In this document: positions 1 to 8,036 of the stretch, one piece after another
Position numbering within the stretch: the stretch's first letter is position 1
How the letters are laid out: each line of letters starts with the position of its first letter
Source of the DNA: Candidatus Heimdallarchaeota archaeon
Lineage (GTDB): Archaea > Asgardarchaeota > Wukongarchaeia > Wukongarchaeales > JBHIFL01
Length of the DNA: 15,865 nt
Direction: 5' to 3'
NCBI GenBank assembly: GCA_046761065.1
Contig: JBHIFL010000085.1
Coordinates: 1 to 15,865 of the forward strand
The notes under the pieces: model-generated
The model's input: only the letters and a program-made list of their open reading frames with translations
The model's database searches: none
What the model was told of the DNA's origin: nothing
Program-made: the position numbers and the translations under genes

Positions 1-33
1 CGCGAATTCGCCTGAAGCGACTTTACCCATCAT
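1..33 (-). CDS. Possible 5' end of a gene running off the left edge (MMGKVASGEFA...)
   Basis: Tandem ATGs at 33 and 30 on the minus strand, preceded by GGAG. The frame is open to the window edge and co-oriented with the neighbouring epimerase gene. Only 11 codons are visible. Confidence 0.35.
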   Translation of the reverse strand, partial: MMGKVASGEFA

Positions 34-106
34 ACTCCGGGTAACAGAGTACTAGATATTTGCATACACAAAATAATGAAAATAAAGAAAATTCCCATAA
101 TGTATC

Positions 107-1024
107 TCATTTCTCAAGGGCCCTAATCGTCTCAGGTAATCCCTCCCGATAGGTGGGGTACTTTGGGTTCCACCTAAGCTCTTTTTTTGCTTTACCATTG
201 CTGACACGGCAATTCATTGTTAAAGTTTCATACATGAGTTTTCCCAGCACCAGTCGTAGGATGAACCTTGGAATAGATTTTGGTCTTGGAACCCTCATGC
301 AATCGGTCATAAAATCAGCAAATTCTCTTACAGTACAGGGTCCATCATCTGCAATAATGAACCTCTCTCCGAGCGGCATCTTTTCTAATGCCCGCACGTA
401 GGCGTCCGCACAATCTGCTACATGGACCCTTGGGATGTAATTTTCTCCAGATCCCGCAACTCGATACTTTCCTTGTTTCATCCATTCGTACATTAATTGA
501 AAAAGACCTCCTGGACCATATATTTGGCCAGGAAGCATCTGGATTAAGGGTGGGAATCCTCGCTGAATCACTTCTGATAGCAGTGGATCGACGAGTTCTC
601 CGATTCGCGCTATCCCCACTCGCTCAATAGGCTTAGTCTCGTCTGCCACTTCATCTCCAGTGGAGCGAAAGCTGGCGCCCATTGTAAGGATTAATGGACA
701 TTCTAGTTTTTTGCTAATAGCAATAGCACTTGAGAAATAGGTTTTTGTCTGATGCTGTAAACTCTTTAATCGCCTCCCGGAAATTCTACCCGGCTGTATT
801 TTGGGCATCGCAATAAATATCACGGCTTCTTGGGAAGTTAGCTGGGGCATAAACAACTCAGGTCGAAGTAAATCTCCGAGTAACCCGCTGACACCTAGAG
901 TTTCAAGTCGTGGGACCGTTGTTTTACGTCGGGTCAATACCGTTATATCATGGCCACGATTCAGAAGTTTCGGGAGTAGATGGGTTCCAAGAAACCCGGT
1001 TCCTCCAATAACAAGGACGCGCAT
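107..1024 (-). CDS. NAD-dependent epimerase/dehydratase family protein (extended/atypical SDR)
   Basis: 305 aa. Rossmann motif VLVIGGTGFLG, plus PGQIYGPG, PRVHVADCA and C-terminal VSNGKAKKELRWNPKYPTYREGL typical of the family. No clear YxxxK catalytic motif, so an atypical SDR. Confidence 0.85.
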   Translation of the reverse strand: MRVLVIGGTGFLGTHLLPKLLNRGHDITVLTRRKTTVPRLETLGVSGLLGDLLRPELFMPQLTSQEAVIFIAMPKIQPGRISGRRLKSLQHQTKTYFSSAIAISKKLECPLILTMGASFRSTGDEVADETKPIERVGIARIGELVDPLLSEVIQRGFPPLIQMLPGQIYGPGGLFQLMYEWMKQGKYRVAGSGENYIPRVHVADCADAYVRALEKMPLGERFIIADDGPCTVREFADFMTDCMRVPRPKSIPRFILRLVLGKLMYETLTMNCRVSNGKAKKELRWNPKYPTYREGLPETIRALEK

Positions 1025-1236
1025 TCAATGCCTCAGAAAATAGTTTTTATGTAAATGTTATGAATGTTAAACTAGCGAAGCTGTGGCTATCCCCTGAATC
1101 CACCATATTCTTCTTTCCTCGTGATCCGGGGATTCTTAGAATATCTCATTTAGCCATGTTATAAATTACTTTGATCTCCACACTATGTCTTTGACGTCCT
1201 CCTCCCCGAAGCGTGTATACGAGTATCTTGTACTCC

Positions 1237-1803
1237 TTACCTATTCCAGCGGGCAATATCTTTGAGAAGCCTTTTTGGGACATGCAATACTCCATTCTCG
1301 TCAAGCCAATATTTTATATCATCATCTTTAATTTTATCCACAACCGGCCTTTCAGCGGGATATCCAATAGCAACAACTAGAACTATATCGAGATCTTCTG
1401 GTACATTTAAGATCTTCCTTAGTTTTGCTCTATTAATAGAGCCGAGAATACAAGACCCTAATCCTGCATCATAAGCAACCATCGAAATACTCATTGCCGC
1501 TATTCCTGCATCATGTCCGGGGTCCATCGAAATTGTTTTGTCTAAGAGTATCACAACATATGCACTCGGCATCTCTTCTTCACTTGGTTGATAATCAGGG
1601 AGATAACCCGCCCAGCTTAACGTACAGAATACTTCTTTCAATAGCTTCTGATCATTAACAATTACATATTTTAGTCGTTGCCGGTTAGCCCCAGAAGGAG
1701 AGAGTCGCGCCGCATCCACGCAGTTTTCCAAAACTTCTTTTGGAACCTCCTTCCGTAAATATTTTCTTATCGTTCTCCGATTAGTTATCTTCTCGTAGAT
1801 CAT
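1237..1803 (-). CDS. Nitroreductase family flavoprotein
   Basis: FMN-binding RRTIRKY, AARLSPSGANRQ, DAGIAA...GLGSCILG and VAIGYP motifs. Start placed at ATG 1803, with GAGGA 7 nt upstream, rather than TTG 1809. Confidence 0.9.
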   Translation of the reverse strand: MIYEKITNRRTIRKYLRKEVPKEVLENCVDAARLSPSGANRQRLKYVIVNDQKLLKEVFCTLSWAGYLPDYQPSEEEMPSAYVVILLDKTISMDPGHDAGIAAMSISMVAYDAGLGSCILGSINRAKLRKILNVPEDLDIVLVVAIGYPAERPVVDKIKDDDIKYWLDENGVLHVPKRLLKDIARWNR

Positions 1804-2171
1804 TTTCAAATCCTCTTTTGTGTAATTTACTTCTTGATACGCAACTCATTACAAAGTATTGTAGATTGAAAATTACATAGGGATCACTTTATATCTTTTT
1901 CTAATTTTCAAACTTCTTAAAATGCAAAAAGGTCTATCTTGCTATTTTTTTAGCAATCCCCAGAACACACGCGCGTTCTTCTAGAGAGGTAATAGCTTTC
2001 TAGTTCTCACCGCATGTGAAAGTGTTATCTTCAATCCATCATTTTTTTATGAACAATAAAGCAGAATTAGTATTAGACAATGATTGACCCGATATAAAAG
2101 TGAATTGCAACAAATACAATAACGCTGGAAATATTAGGATCGTATCATGAAGTTTGAGATGGAAGGTGGAC

Positions 2172-2184
2172 AGAAGGATTATAT
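2172..2184 (+). promoter_or_regulatory. Putative archaeal BRE/TATA promoter of the MNT-HEPN pair
   Basis: Purine-rich AGAAGGA followed by TTATAT, 43 nt upstream of ATG 2228. Confidence 0.3.
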
Positions 2185-2227
2185 GGTTATGTGCCAATTA
2201 TTACTAGAGAATGAATAGAAAAGTATC

Positions 2228-2542
2228 ATGAAAATAAACGGAATACTTAGCGAATTCCGGACAGAACTTGAAAAATTATATGGTAACCGGTTGAAGCAGA
2301 TTATACTTTATGGTTCTTGGGCAAGGGGAGAGGCCACTGAAGAATCAGATATCGACTTACTTATCGTTCTTGAGGGAAACGTAAGGCCAGGGAAAGAAAT
2401 AGACAGAATGATTGATCTCATCACAGAGATCAATCTTAAATATAATGTGCTGTTAGCGGTTTATCCCGTATCTGAAGAGAATTATACGACTCTTAACAGC
2501 CCATTGCTTTTAAATGTGCGAAGAGAAGAGCGGCCTGCATGA
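2228..2542 (+). CDS. Minimal nucleotidyltransferase (MNT), antitoxin of an MNT-HEPN module
   Basis: 104 aa with LYGSWARG...SDIDLLIV (pol beta superfamily GS and DxD motifs). Stop overlaps the HEPN start (ATGA, 2539-2542). Confidence 0.9.
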   Translation: MKINGILSEFRTELEKLYGNRLKQIILYGSWARGEATEESDIDLLIVLEGNVRPGKEIDRMIDLITEINLKYNVLLAVYPVSEENYTTLNSPLLLNVRREERPA

Positions 2543-2924
2543 ATGAAATTGCATCCCTTCTCCAAAGAGCGAGTCGATATCTAAAAAGCGCTGAACTACT
2601 CCTTGGATCAGGAGATTATGAGTCATCGGTCTCAAGAACTTATTATGCCATGTATTATTCTGCTCAAGCGATGCTACTCGCAAGAAACTTGTCCTATTCA
2701 TCTCATAGAAGCGTGATTTCTGCTTTCGGAGAATATTTCATCAAAACAGGTATTTTTATAGAGAAATGGGTAGAGAACTTAACAGGGCGTTTGAGAAAAG
2801 ACAGATAGGAGATTACAAATATACTTTCGTGTTCTCTAAGGAGGATGCTGAAGGACTGCTTAAAACTGGTAAAACTTTTGTTGAAACGATTGATCAATAT
2901 TTAAAAAAGGAACAAATCCTATGA
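2539..2924 (+). pseudogene. HEPN domain protein (COG1895/UPF0332-like), frameshifted
   Basis: N-part has SRTYYAMYY and SSHRSVISAFGEYFIKTGIF. The -1 frame from 2760 reads REMGRELNRAFEKRQIGDYKYTFVFSKEDAEGLLKTGKTFVETIDQYLKKEQIL* (TGA 2922-2924), containing the RxxxDY motif. One base is missing at or near the T5 run 2753-2757. Restoring it gives 128 aa. Confidence 0.85.
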
Positions 2925-3003
2925 AAGCATCATAATACCATCTAATCAAGTGCCTCTTTGTTATTTCGACAAAACAATTAAAATTTTCATTTGAATCTTC
3001 TTA

Positions 3004-4842
3004 TTATGCCTTTTTGAGTTTCTGAAAATGTAACAAGATTGCTCTTGCCACTTTTCGATCAATCCCTGGAACTCGCGTGAGTTCTTCCAGCGAGGCTGTC
3101 TGAATTCTGTCAATGGACCCAAAATATTGAAACAGAATTCTTTTCCTCTTCTCTCCGATTCCTACAATCTCATCCAAAGCAGATTTTCCTATTTTCTTGT
3201 CCCTTAGTATATGATGATAGCGAATCGCAAACCGGTGTGCTTCATCGCGAAGGCGCTGCAGCAGAAACAGGGCATTTGAGTCCTCCCGCAATACCTTAGG
3301 ATCCGATCTCCCAGGAATAAAGATGTGTTCAAAACGTTTTGCTAAGCCTATGATTGGGGTCTTTAATCCCACCTCGTCTAAAATCTTAACTGCAGCATTC
3401 AGCTGGCCTTTTCCACCATCGACCACGATTAAATCTGGCATTGGCTTTTTCACTGCTTCTTTTTGCGGGGATGGTTGGTAGCGTCTCCTGAGAAGTTCTG
3501 TCATCATTGCAACATCATCTGGCATCTGTACTGTGCGGATCTTGTAATGCCGATAGTCTGTTTTCTTTGGTTTCCCATCTTCTAAAACGATCATTGAGCC
3601 ACTAGCTGCGGTTCCTCCAATATTCGAAATATCGAAGGCTTCGATTCGTCTAGGTTTTACAAGCAGCTCTAGAGCCGTTTGAAGATCGGCGAGGGCGCCT
3701 TCTGCCATCTCATGCTCCTTTTCTAGTTTTAATTCATAGTGCTTTAGAGCAAGCTTTGCGTTTTTCTCAGCCATCTGGACAAGTTCAAAGGTTGTTCCCT
3801 CCATCGGTGTTATTAAGTTTACAGAATCACCTCTTTTCTGGCTTAACCATTGCTTTATTGTCTTTTCATCGCGAACAGGGCCTTGGAGAAGAATTGTCCC
3901 AGGAATGTAAGTAGACCCCGCATAATATTGTTTTATGACAATTCCTATTAATTCTTGATCAGACTCCTCGGAAACCCCCTCGAGAAACAATGTCTGCCGC
4001 CCTATGATCCTTCCATCCCGGCGAAAAAAAATCTGGACACTGGCACGATTCTTCGCTTGAGCAAGTGCAATGATGTCTTGATCACGGATAAAGGGGGAAG
4101 TTATATTTTGACGCTCTAGGGTTTTGTTTAAAGCTTTTATTCGATCTCTAAGTACGGCTGCCCGCTCATAATCTAGGTTATCCGCCGCTTGGTGCATCTG
4201 CTCTTCTAACTCTCTCAGTAGATCTTCTCCTTTTCCATCTAGGAAGCTTAGAATTTGAGCAACCAGTTTTTTGTACTCCTCGGCGGTGATTTTTCCTTCA
4301 CATGGGCCAGAACACTTCCCAATGTGGTAGTCCAGACAAAGCCTTCCATTCATTCGGCAATAAGATCGAACGGGAAAAATACTCCGTAGAAGGCGTACAC
4401 TCTTCCTGGCAGCCTTCACATCCGTGAATGGACCAAAATATCGCCCTCCATCCTCTTCAACCTTCCGCGTGACGAAGAATCTAGGATACTCTTCGTTTAC
4501 TGTGACTTTGATATAGGGAAACGACTTATGATCCTTTAATCGCACATTAAATCGGGGTTCGTATTCTTTTATTAATGACGATTCGAGTAAAAGTGCTTGA
4601 TGTTCGGACTCCACAGCAATGAACTCAAAGTCAGTGACGTGTTCCATAAGTGCTTGAATTTTGATAGGGAGATGATCGGGAGCTTGGAAAAAGGATGCAA
4701 CCCGTTTCTTAAGCGAAAGGGCTTTACCAATATAAAGGACTTCGCCGTCCTCGCCGCGAAATAAATAGACTCCTGCACTGTCGGGAAGGACTGCTAGTTG
4801 CTCCTTCAATATGTGCTTTTCACCAAACGACTCAACCGGCAT
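3004..4842 (-). CDS. uvrC: Excinuclease ABC subunit C
   Basis: GIY-YIG domain (GVYLF...LYIGKA), 4-Cys region (CRMNGRLCLDYHIGKCSGPC), UVR coiled coil (YERAAVLRD), RNase H-like domain (RIEAFDISN, DGGKGQ, RDEAHRFA) and C-terminal HhH. ATG 4842 has GAGGA 9 nt upstream. GTG 4869 is the alternative start. Confidence 0.97.
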   Translation of the reverse strand: MPVESFGEKHILKEQLAVLPDSAGVYLFRGEDGEVLYIGKALSLKKRVASFFQAPDHLPIKIQALMEHVTDFEFIAVESEHQALLLESSLIKEYEPRFNVRLKDHKSFPYIKVTVNEEYPRFFVTRKVEEDGGRYFGPFTDVKAARKSVRLLRSIFPVRSYCRMNGRLCLDYHIGKCSGPCEGKITAEEYKKLVAQILSFLDGKGEDLLRELEEQMHQAADNLDYERAAVLRDRIKALNKTLERQNITSPFIRDQDIIALAQAKNRASVQIFFRRDGRIIGRQTLFLEGVSEESDQELIGIVIKQYYAGSTYIPGTILLQGPVRDEKTIKQWLSQKRGDSVNLITPMEGTTFELVQMAEKNAKLALKHYELKLEKEHEMAEGALADLQTALELLVKPRRIEAFDISNIGGTAASGSMIVLEDGKPKKTDYRHYKIRTVQMPDDVAMMTELLRRRYQPSPQKEAVKKPMPDLIVVDGGKGQLNAAVKILDEVGLKTPIIGLAKRFEHIFIPGRSDPKVLREDSNALFLLQRLRDEAHRFAIRYHHILRDKKIGKSALDEIVGIGEKRKRILFQYFGSIDRIQTASLEELTRVPGIDRKVARAILLHFQKLKKA

Positions 4843-4885
4843 TTTTGGCAGTCCTCTTCCCAAACTCACTGGTTTTTTCCATCTC

Positions 4886-4900
4886 TAACCTTTAAGGTTA
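4886..4900. promoter_or_regulatory. 15-bp palindrome upstream of uvrC, candidate operator
   Basis: TAACCTT-T-AAGGTTA, perfect 7-bp arms, about 44 nt upstream of ATG 4842. Its centre reads TTAAA on the minus strand (TATA-like). Confidence 0.4.
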
Positions 4901-5056
4901 ATCTATTGTTGCATCCAGCAACCGCTATGTCAAAAGACTACCTCAAGTAGATTTAAGATCGAATTACCCAAAAGCCATCCCTCTTCCCCTGTCTTTTCAG
5001 AAATATGTATGCAAAGCATAATGTTCTTTTTAAGATAAGAGCCAAACTCCGATGCT

Positions 5057-5212
5057 TTAAACCATGATGCGATTGAATCTTGCTTTAATGAATGTGAGAA
5101 AAGCGTAAAAAATGAACAGAAAGTCTGTGATTGCGCTCCCAATACCAGCCACAGACCCAGTGATTAAGACTTTTTTCTCAGTTAGCGAAATGAGTTCAGA
5201 TAAAGGTCTCAA
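5057..5212 (-). pseudogene. N-terminal remnant of a classical short-chain dehydrogenase/reductase
   Basis: Not in the ORF track. From TTG 5212: MRPLSELISLTEKKVLITGSVAGIGSAIT, matching the SDR TGxxxGIG motif. The resemblance then ends and TAA follows after 51 aa. Confidence 0.65.
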
Positions 5213-5369
5213 ATTATTCGATTTCTTCCATATTTTGTTATACCTATGGAAATCATATGAAGTAACTCAAATATACCATTCGTATTTCCAAGTCGCACTC
5301 ACAATAATACTGAACTCAATCCCCATTGTAGAGCTCATTGGAGTCGTTCTAGATGCAGTTGGTTAATTT

Positions 5370-5843
5370 TCACAACTTCGAGTGGAGAAAACGTTCTCCA
5401 GATAACGTTTCAAAGCTTTCATTTTCCTCATTCAGAATTTCGCGCATTAATTTATTCTGTTGAACCAACTTGTGAATTTTACCATCTTCTGTCAGGAGTA
5501 AATCCGCGTTTTCAATTGCACACGCAAGAATCAAACAATCAATAAAATCAGAGTGAAGTTTTCGGATTTCAAAAGCGAATCGCAGGATATCGGAATCCAA
5601 AACTGAATCTTGATGGAGCCGCTTGTCATAAAGAATGGAATTTATGCCTTCAATTACTTGCTTGGGGTTCAATTGCCCTTTCATAGTGAAGTGAGCTCCT
5701 TTTGCGGATAGCTCGAACAGAGTGATATTGGCTAGGTGAATTTCAATGGGCTGTGCAAGCAGGGTCTGCAGGAGGTCTCCTGAAGAAATAATTCGGACTC
5801 CAATCAGGGAGAAAAAATATGTGGAATCAAGCAACACTCTCAT
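5370..5843 (-). CDS. vapC: PIN domain ribonuclease toxin (VapC family)
   Basis: 157 aa. All four acidic PIN positions are present: VLLDSTY, TLFEL, DFIDCLILACA, LLTEDGKI. Start overlaps the antitoxin stop (ATGA). Confidence 0.88.
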   Translation of the reverse strand: MRVLLDSTYFFSLIGVRIISSGDLLQTLLAQPIEIHLANITLFELSAKGAHFTMKGQLNPKQVIEGINSILYDKRLHQDSVLDSDILRFAFEIRKLHSDFIDCLILACAIENADLLLTEDGKIHKLVQQNKLMREILNEENESFETLSGERFLHSKL

Positions 5844-6076
5844 TGTTCTAACCGCTTTGAAAGAGACCTTCGAAATTCTCGAAATTCATCATCAGAGATT
5901 TCGACTTTGGGTCCTCTTTTAAGAAGCTCCTCTGGGGAGAATATCGGTTCTACTACCAATTTTCCATGCCTAATTTTGTAGAGAACCTTTTGGCTGTTTT
6001 TTAGGCCCAATGTATCTCGCAGTTTCTTTGGGGGAAACAGTTCACCTTTCGATCCAACCTTGCCAATAAACTTCAT
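5840..6076 (-). CDS. vapB: AbrB/MazE/SpoVT-family antitoxin (VapB)
   Basis: 78 aa from ATG 6076: GKVGSKGELFPPKKLRDTLGLKNSQKVLYKIRHGKLVVEPI is a swapped-hairpin signature. The longer ORF-track start at 6163 runs through promoter-like sequence. Confidence 0.85.
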   Translation of the reverse strand: MKFIGKVGSKGELFPPKKLRDTLGLKNSQKVLYKIRHGKLVVEPIFSPEELLKRGPKVEISDDEFREFRRSLSKRLEQ

Positions 6077-6084
6077 ATGTGTAC

Positions 6085-6115
6085 ACCAGAAAAAAAATAG
6101 TTTTTCTGGTAAATA
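6085..6115 (-). promoter_or_regulatory. vapBC promoter/operator: TATA-like box plus perfect 10-bp inverted repeat
   Basis: ACCAGAAAAA (6085-6094), 6-nt spacer, TTTTTCTGGT (6101-6110). It abuts minus-strand TATTTA (6110-6115), which is preceded by an A-run, and ends 8 nt before the ATG. Confidence 0.6.
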
Positions 6116-6775
6116 TTTTTTTCCATTGAATTTGTTTATCACAACAAGAGATGGTAAGCACATTAAATCTTTAGCAACTAATATAGGAGGCCCTTTTAAG
6201 GAGTGGTGAGGTTATAAAAATACTTCAACCATTAGAAAATCAACAATCCAATCATTACAGAACGCAAGATATGTGGTTAAACCCGCTTATACTTGAGCTG
6301 AGTTACAGTTCAAACATGATGTCATTTCAAGGGGTAATTCCTATATCTGCCCTCGATCGTAACCTGAAGGCGACAGAAGCTGAACTCCTCCTTGTACCGT
6401 TCTTGCGTTCCGATCAGTTGTTTGAGTTAGTCTGTGAAAAAAAGTCTAGGAACACCCTCAGAACACTCCCCCACAAGCTCCTGCAATCACAAACTTAGCG
6501 GGGTGTTAAACCTAAACCCTTATACTATCTTCTTTGGATTTAATTGGTATGTTACAGCGTGGGTTAGAAGAACTCCCCAAACCGTACCGAAAAGTGGCAG
6601 CAACCTAGTCTCACTGATAAATGATCTAATCGAAAGATTTAGAAGCGGCTACAGGAGGTTTGGGATATTCAATTAATCGAATAGGTATAATACCCAATTT
6701 TGTCACATGACATTATTTGGTAGGCTTTCTGAGATGGCGTTCCTAAAATGATAGCAGATTAACATTAACTCTTTT

Positions 6776-7084
6776 TTATTGTTTTTTCAGTAATTTTAGC
6801 CCTTGTTGAAAATCTTCAATATCATAATTCGAGATATAACCATGTGACTGTAAGATCTCCAAGAACTCATATAATGAGACCCCTGCCATTGCTGCAGCCC
6901 CGGAGATACTTATCTTTCGGCTTAAGTAGGCTTGAATAGCATGTTCTAGTCGTTCTTCTTTAAGACCACGTCGTATAAGCTTTTGAAGGTATTTAGTCAG
7001 TTTAAAGCCTTTTTCTTCGGTCTGTTGCCGGATAAATCTTTTTTCTTCCTCATTTAAACCTGTCAGTTCTAGGATATCACTCAT
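6776..7084 (-). CDS. UPF0175 family protein, putative antitoxin
   Basis: 102 aa from ATG 7084. C-terminal AIQAYLSRKISISGAAAMAGVSLYEFLEILQSHG is the UPF0175 HTH pattern, and the N-terminus is ribbon-helix-helix-like. Overlaps the upstream PIN stop by 8 nt. Confidence 0.85.
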   Translation of the reverse strand: MSDILELTGLNEEEKRFIRQQTEEKGFKLTKYLQKLIRRGLKEERLEHAIQAYLSRKISISGAAAMAGVSLYEFLEILQSHGYISNYDIEDFQQGLKLLKKQ

Positions 7085-7583
7085 ACTTACGCACTTCCTG
7101 TCTTGCATAATCGATAACCGATGGATGAAACCAACCAATCTTCTTCAAATTTCTCAGTGCTTCATCTGCGACTGTAGGAGTTATTTTTCCTTGGTGAGCG
7201 AAAAAAACGATGATTTCAGGCGATGAAATTAAATTCAGCTGAAGAATGGTCCGTAATCGCCTGACATGATCATCGTTAGAAGTAATTAGATCCGCTTTCA
7301 ATTGGAAATACAATGCAACAACTGCGAGTTCTCCGCCTTTGAGACCAAACGGTGCATATTTTTGAAGGAATTTTTGATCACATTCCTCGATTTGAATTAA
7401 TCCCATTTTAACAGTTTGATCAATCACAATTGCGTCAGGATATTTTTCTTCCTTTCCTTTAATAACTACTTCATATTAGACATCCCTGGGTATTTTTATT
7501 TGAAATATTTTAGGAAGAAATTCTAACATCCCAATTTTAGTAAAATGAATCAAAATCATAGCATCGCATATAACCAGATCCAA
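7077..7583 (-). pseudogene. PIN domain protein (DUF3368/COG2405-like) interrupted by one in-frame stop
   Basis: From TTG 7583 (GAGGT 8 nt upstream): MDLVICDAMILIHFTKIGMLEFLPKIFQIKIPRDV*YEVVIKGKEEKYPDAIV, in frame with ORF 7077..7427 (GLKGGELAVVAL, LITSNDD). TAA at 7476-7478 is codon 36 of 168. Confidence 0.85.
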
Positions 7584-8036
7584 AAATAGTAACCTCAATC
7601 TTTCTTTTTATGAAATCGAACTATGAGTTTTTCCAGATTGCGTTTTCTCTATGGCATTAATGAATGCTCTTCATGCAATATTTTGCTTGATAAATAACTC
7701 CTAAACTTCTTATGTGGCAGAAATTGTTCGAGAAGACATGTTTCATCTACTTTAGATATACATCCACATCTATATAAGCATTCGCAGAGAGTTTAAGATC
7801 CAGACCATAAATGGGAACATATCGTGGCAAAGTAAACAAACTCTTATGGAAATAGAAGTGTTTTATGACTGGTGAAATAGGCCCAGGGCCCACACAACGA
7901 CGCCAGTGAGCCCATCTGTCTTCAAAGTTTTGTGTTTTGAAAAATGATATCCTTTCTGCTACCAATTCTTATGCATATTCTATAAAAAGCCTCGAAATTC
8001 CTGCAGGAGATCAATACCATCGCTAGAAATCAAAGC

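Noticed and set aside
153-1474. Plus-strand ORFs 153..401, 388..630, 801..1043 and 1262..1474
   Set aside because: Antisense shadows of the epimerase and nitroreductase genes, with no recognisable motifs.
2510-2897. Minus-strand ORFs 2510..2701 and 2703..2897
   Set aside because: Antisense to the HEPN gene and its frameshifted tail.
4930-5366. ORFs 4930..5142 (-) and 5112..5366 (+)
   Set aside because: No family signal. The plus ORF is largely the antisense mirror of the SDR remnant, which is the better-supported reading.
6271-6676. ORFs 6271..6498 and 6434..6676 as real genes or IS200/IS605 fragments
   Set aside because: No HuH, DDE or TnpB motifs and no terminal repeats. Kept only as a possible decayed gene.
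7476-7478. Stop-codon recoding (Pyl, Sec or alternative code) as an explanation for the PIN in-frame stop
   Set aside because: The codon is TAA, not TAG or TGA, and TAA is the normal terminator of uvrA, uvrC and other genes in this window.
7747-7965. 72-aa minus-strand ORF downstream of uvrA, containing the short palindrome GGCCC-A-GGGCC
   Set aside because: TTG start, no motif or RBS recognised, and the palindrome is too short to be significant.
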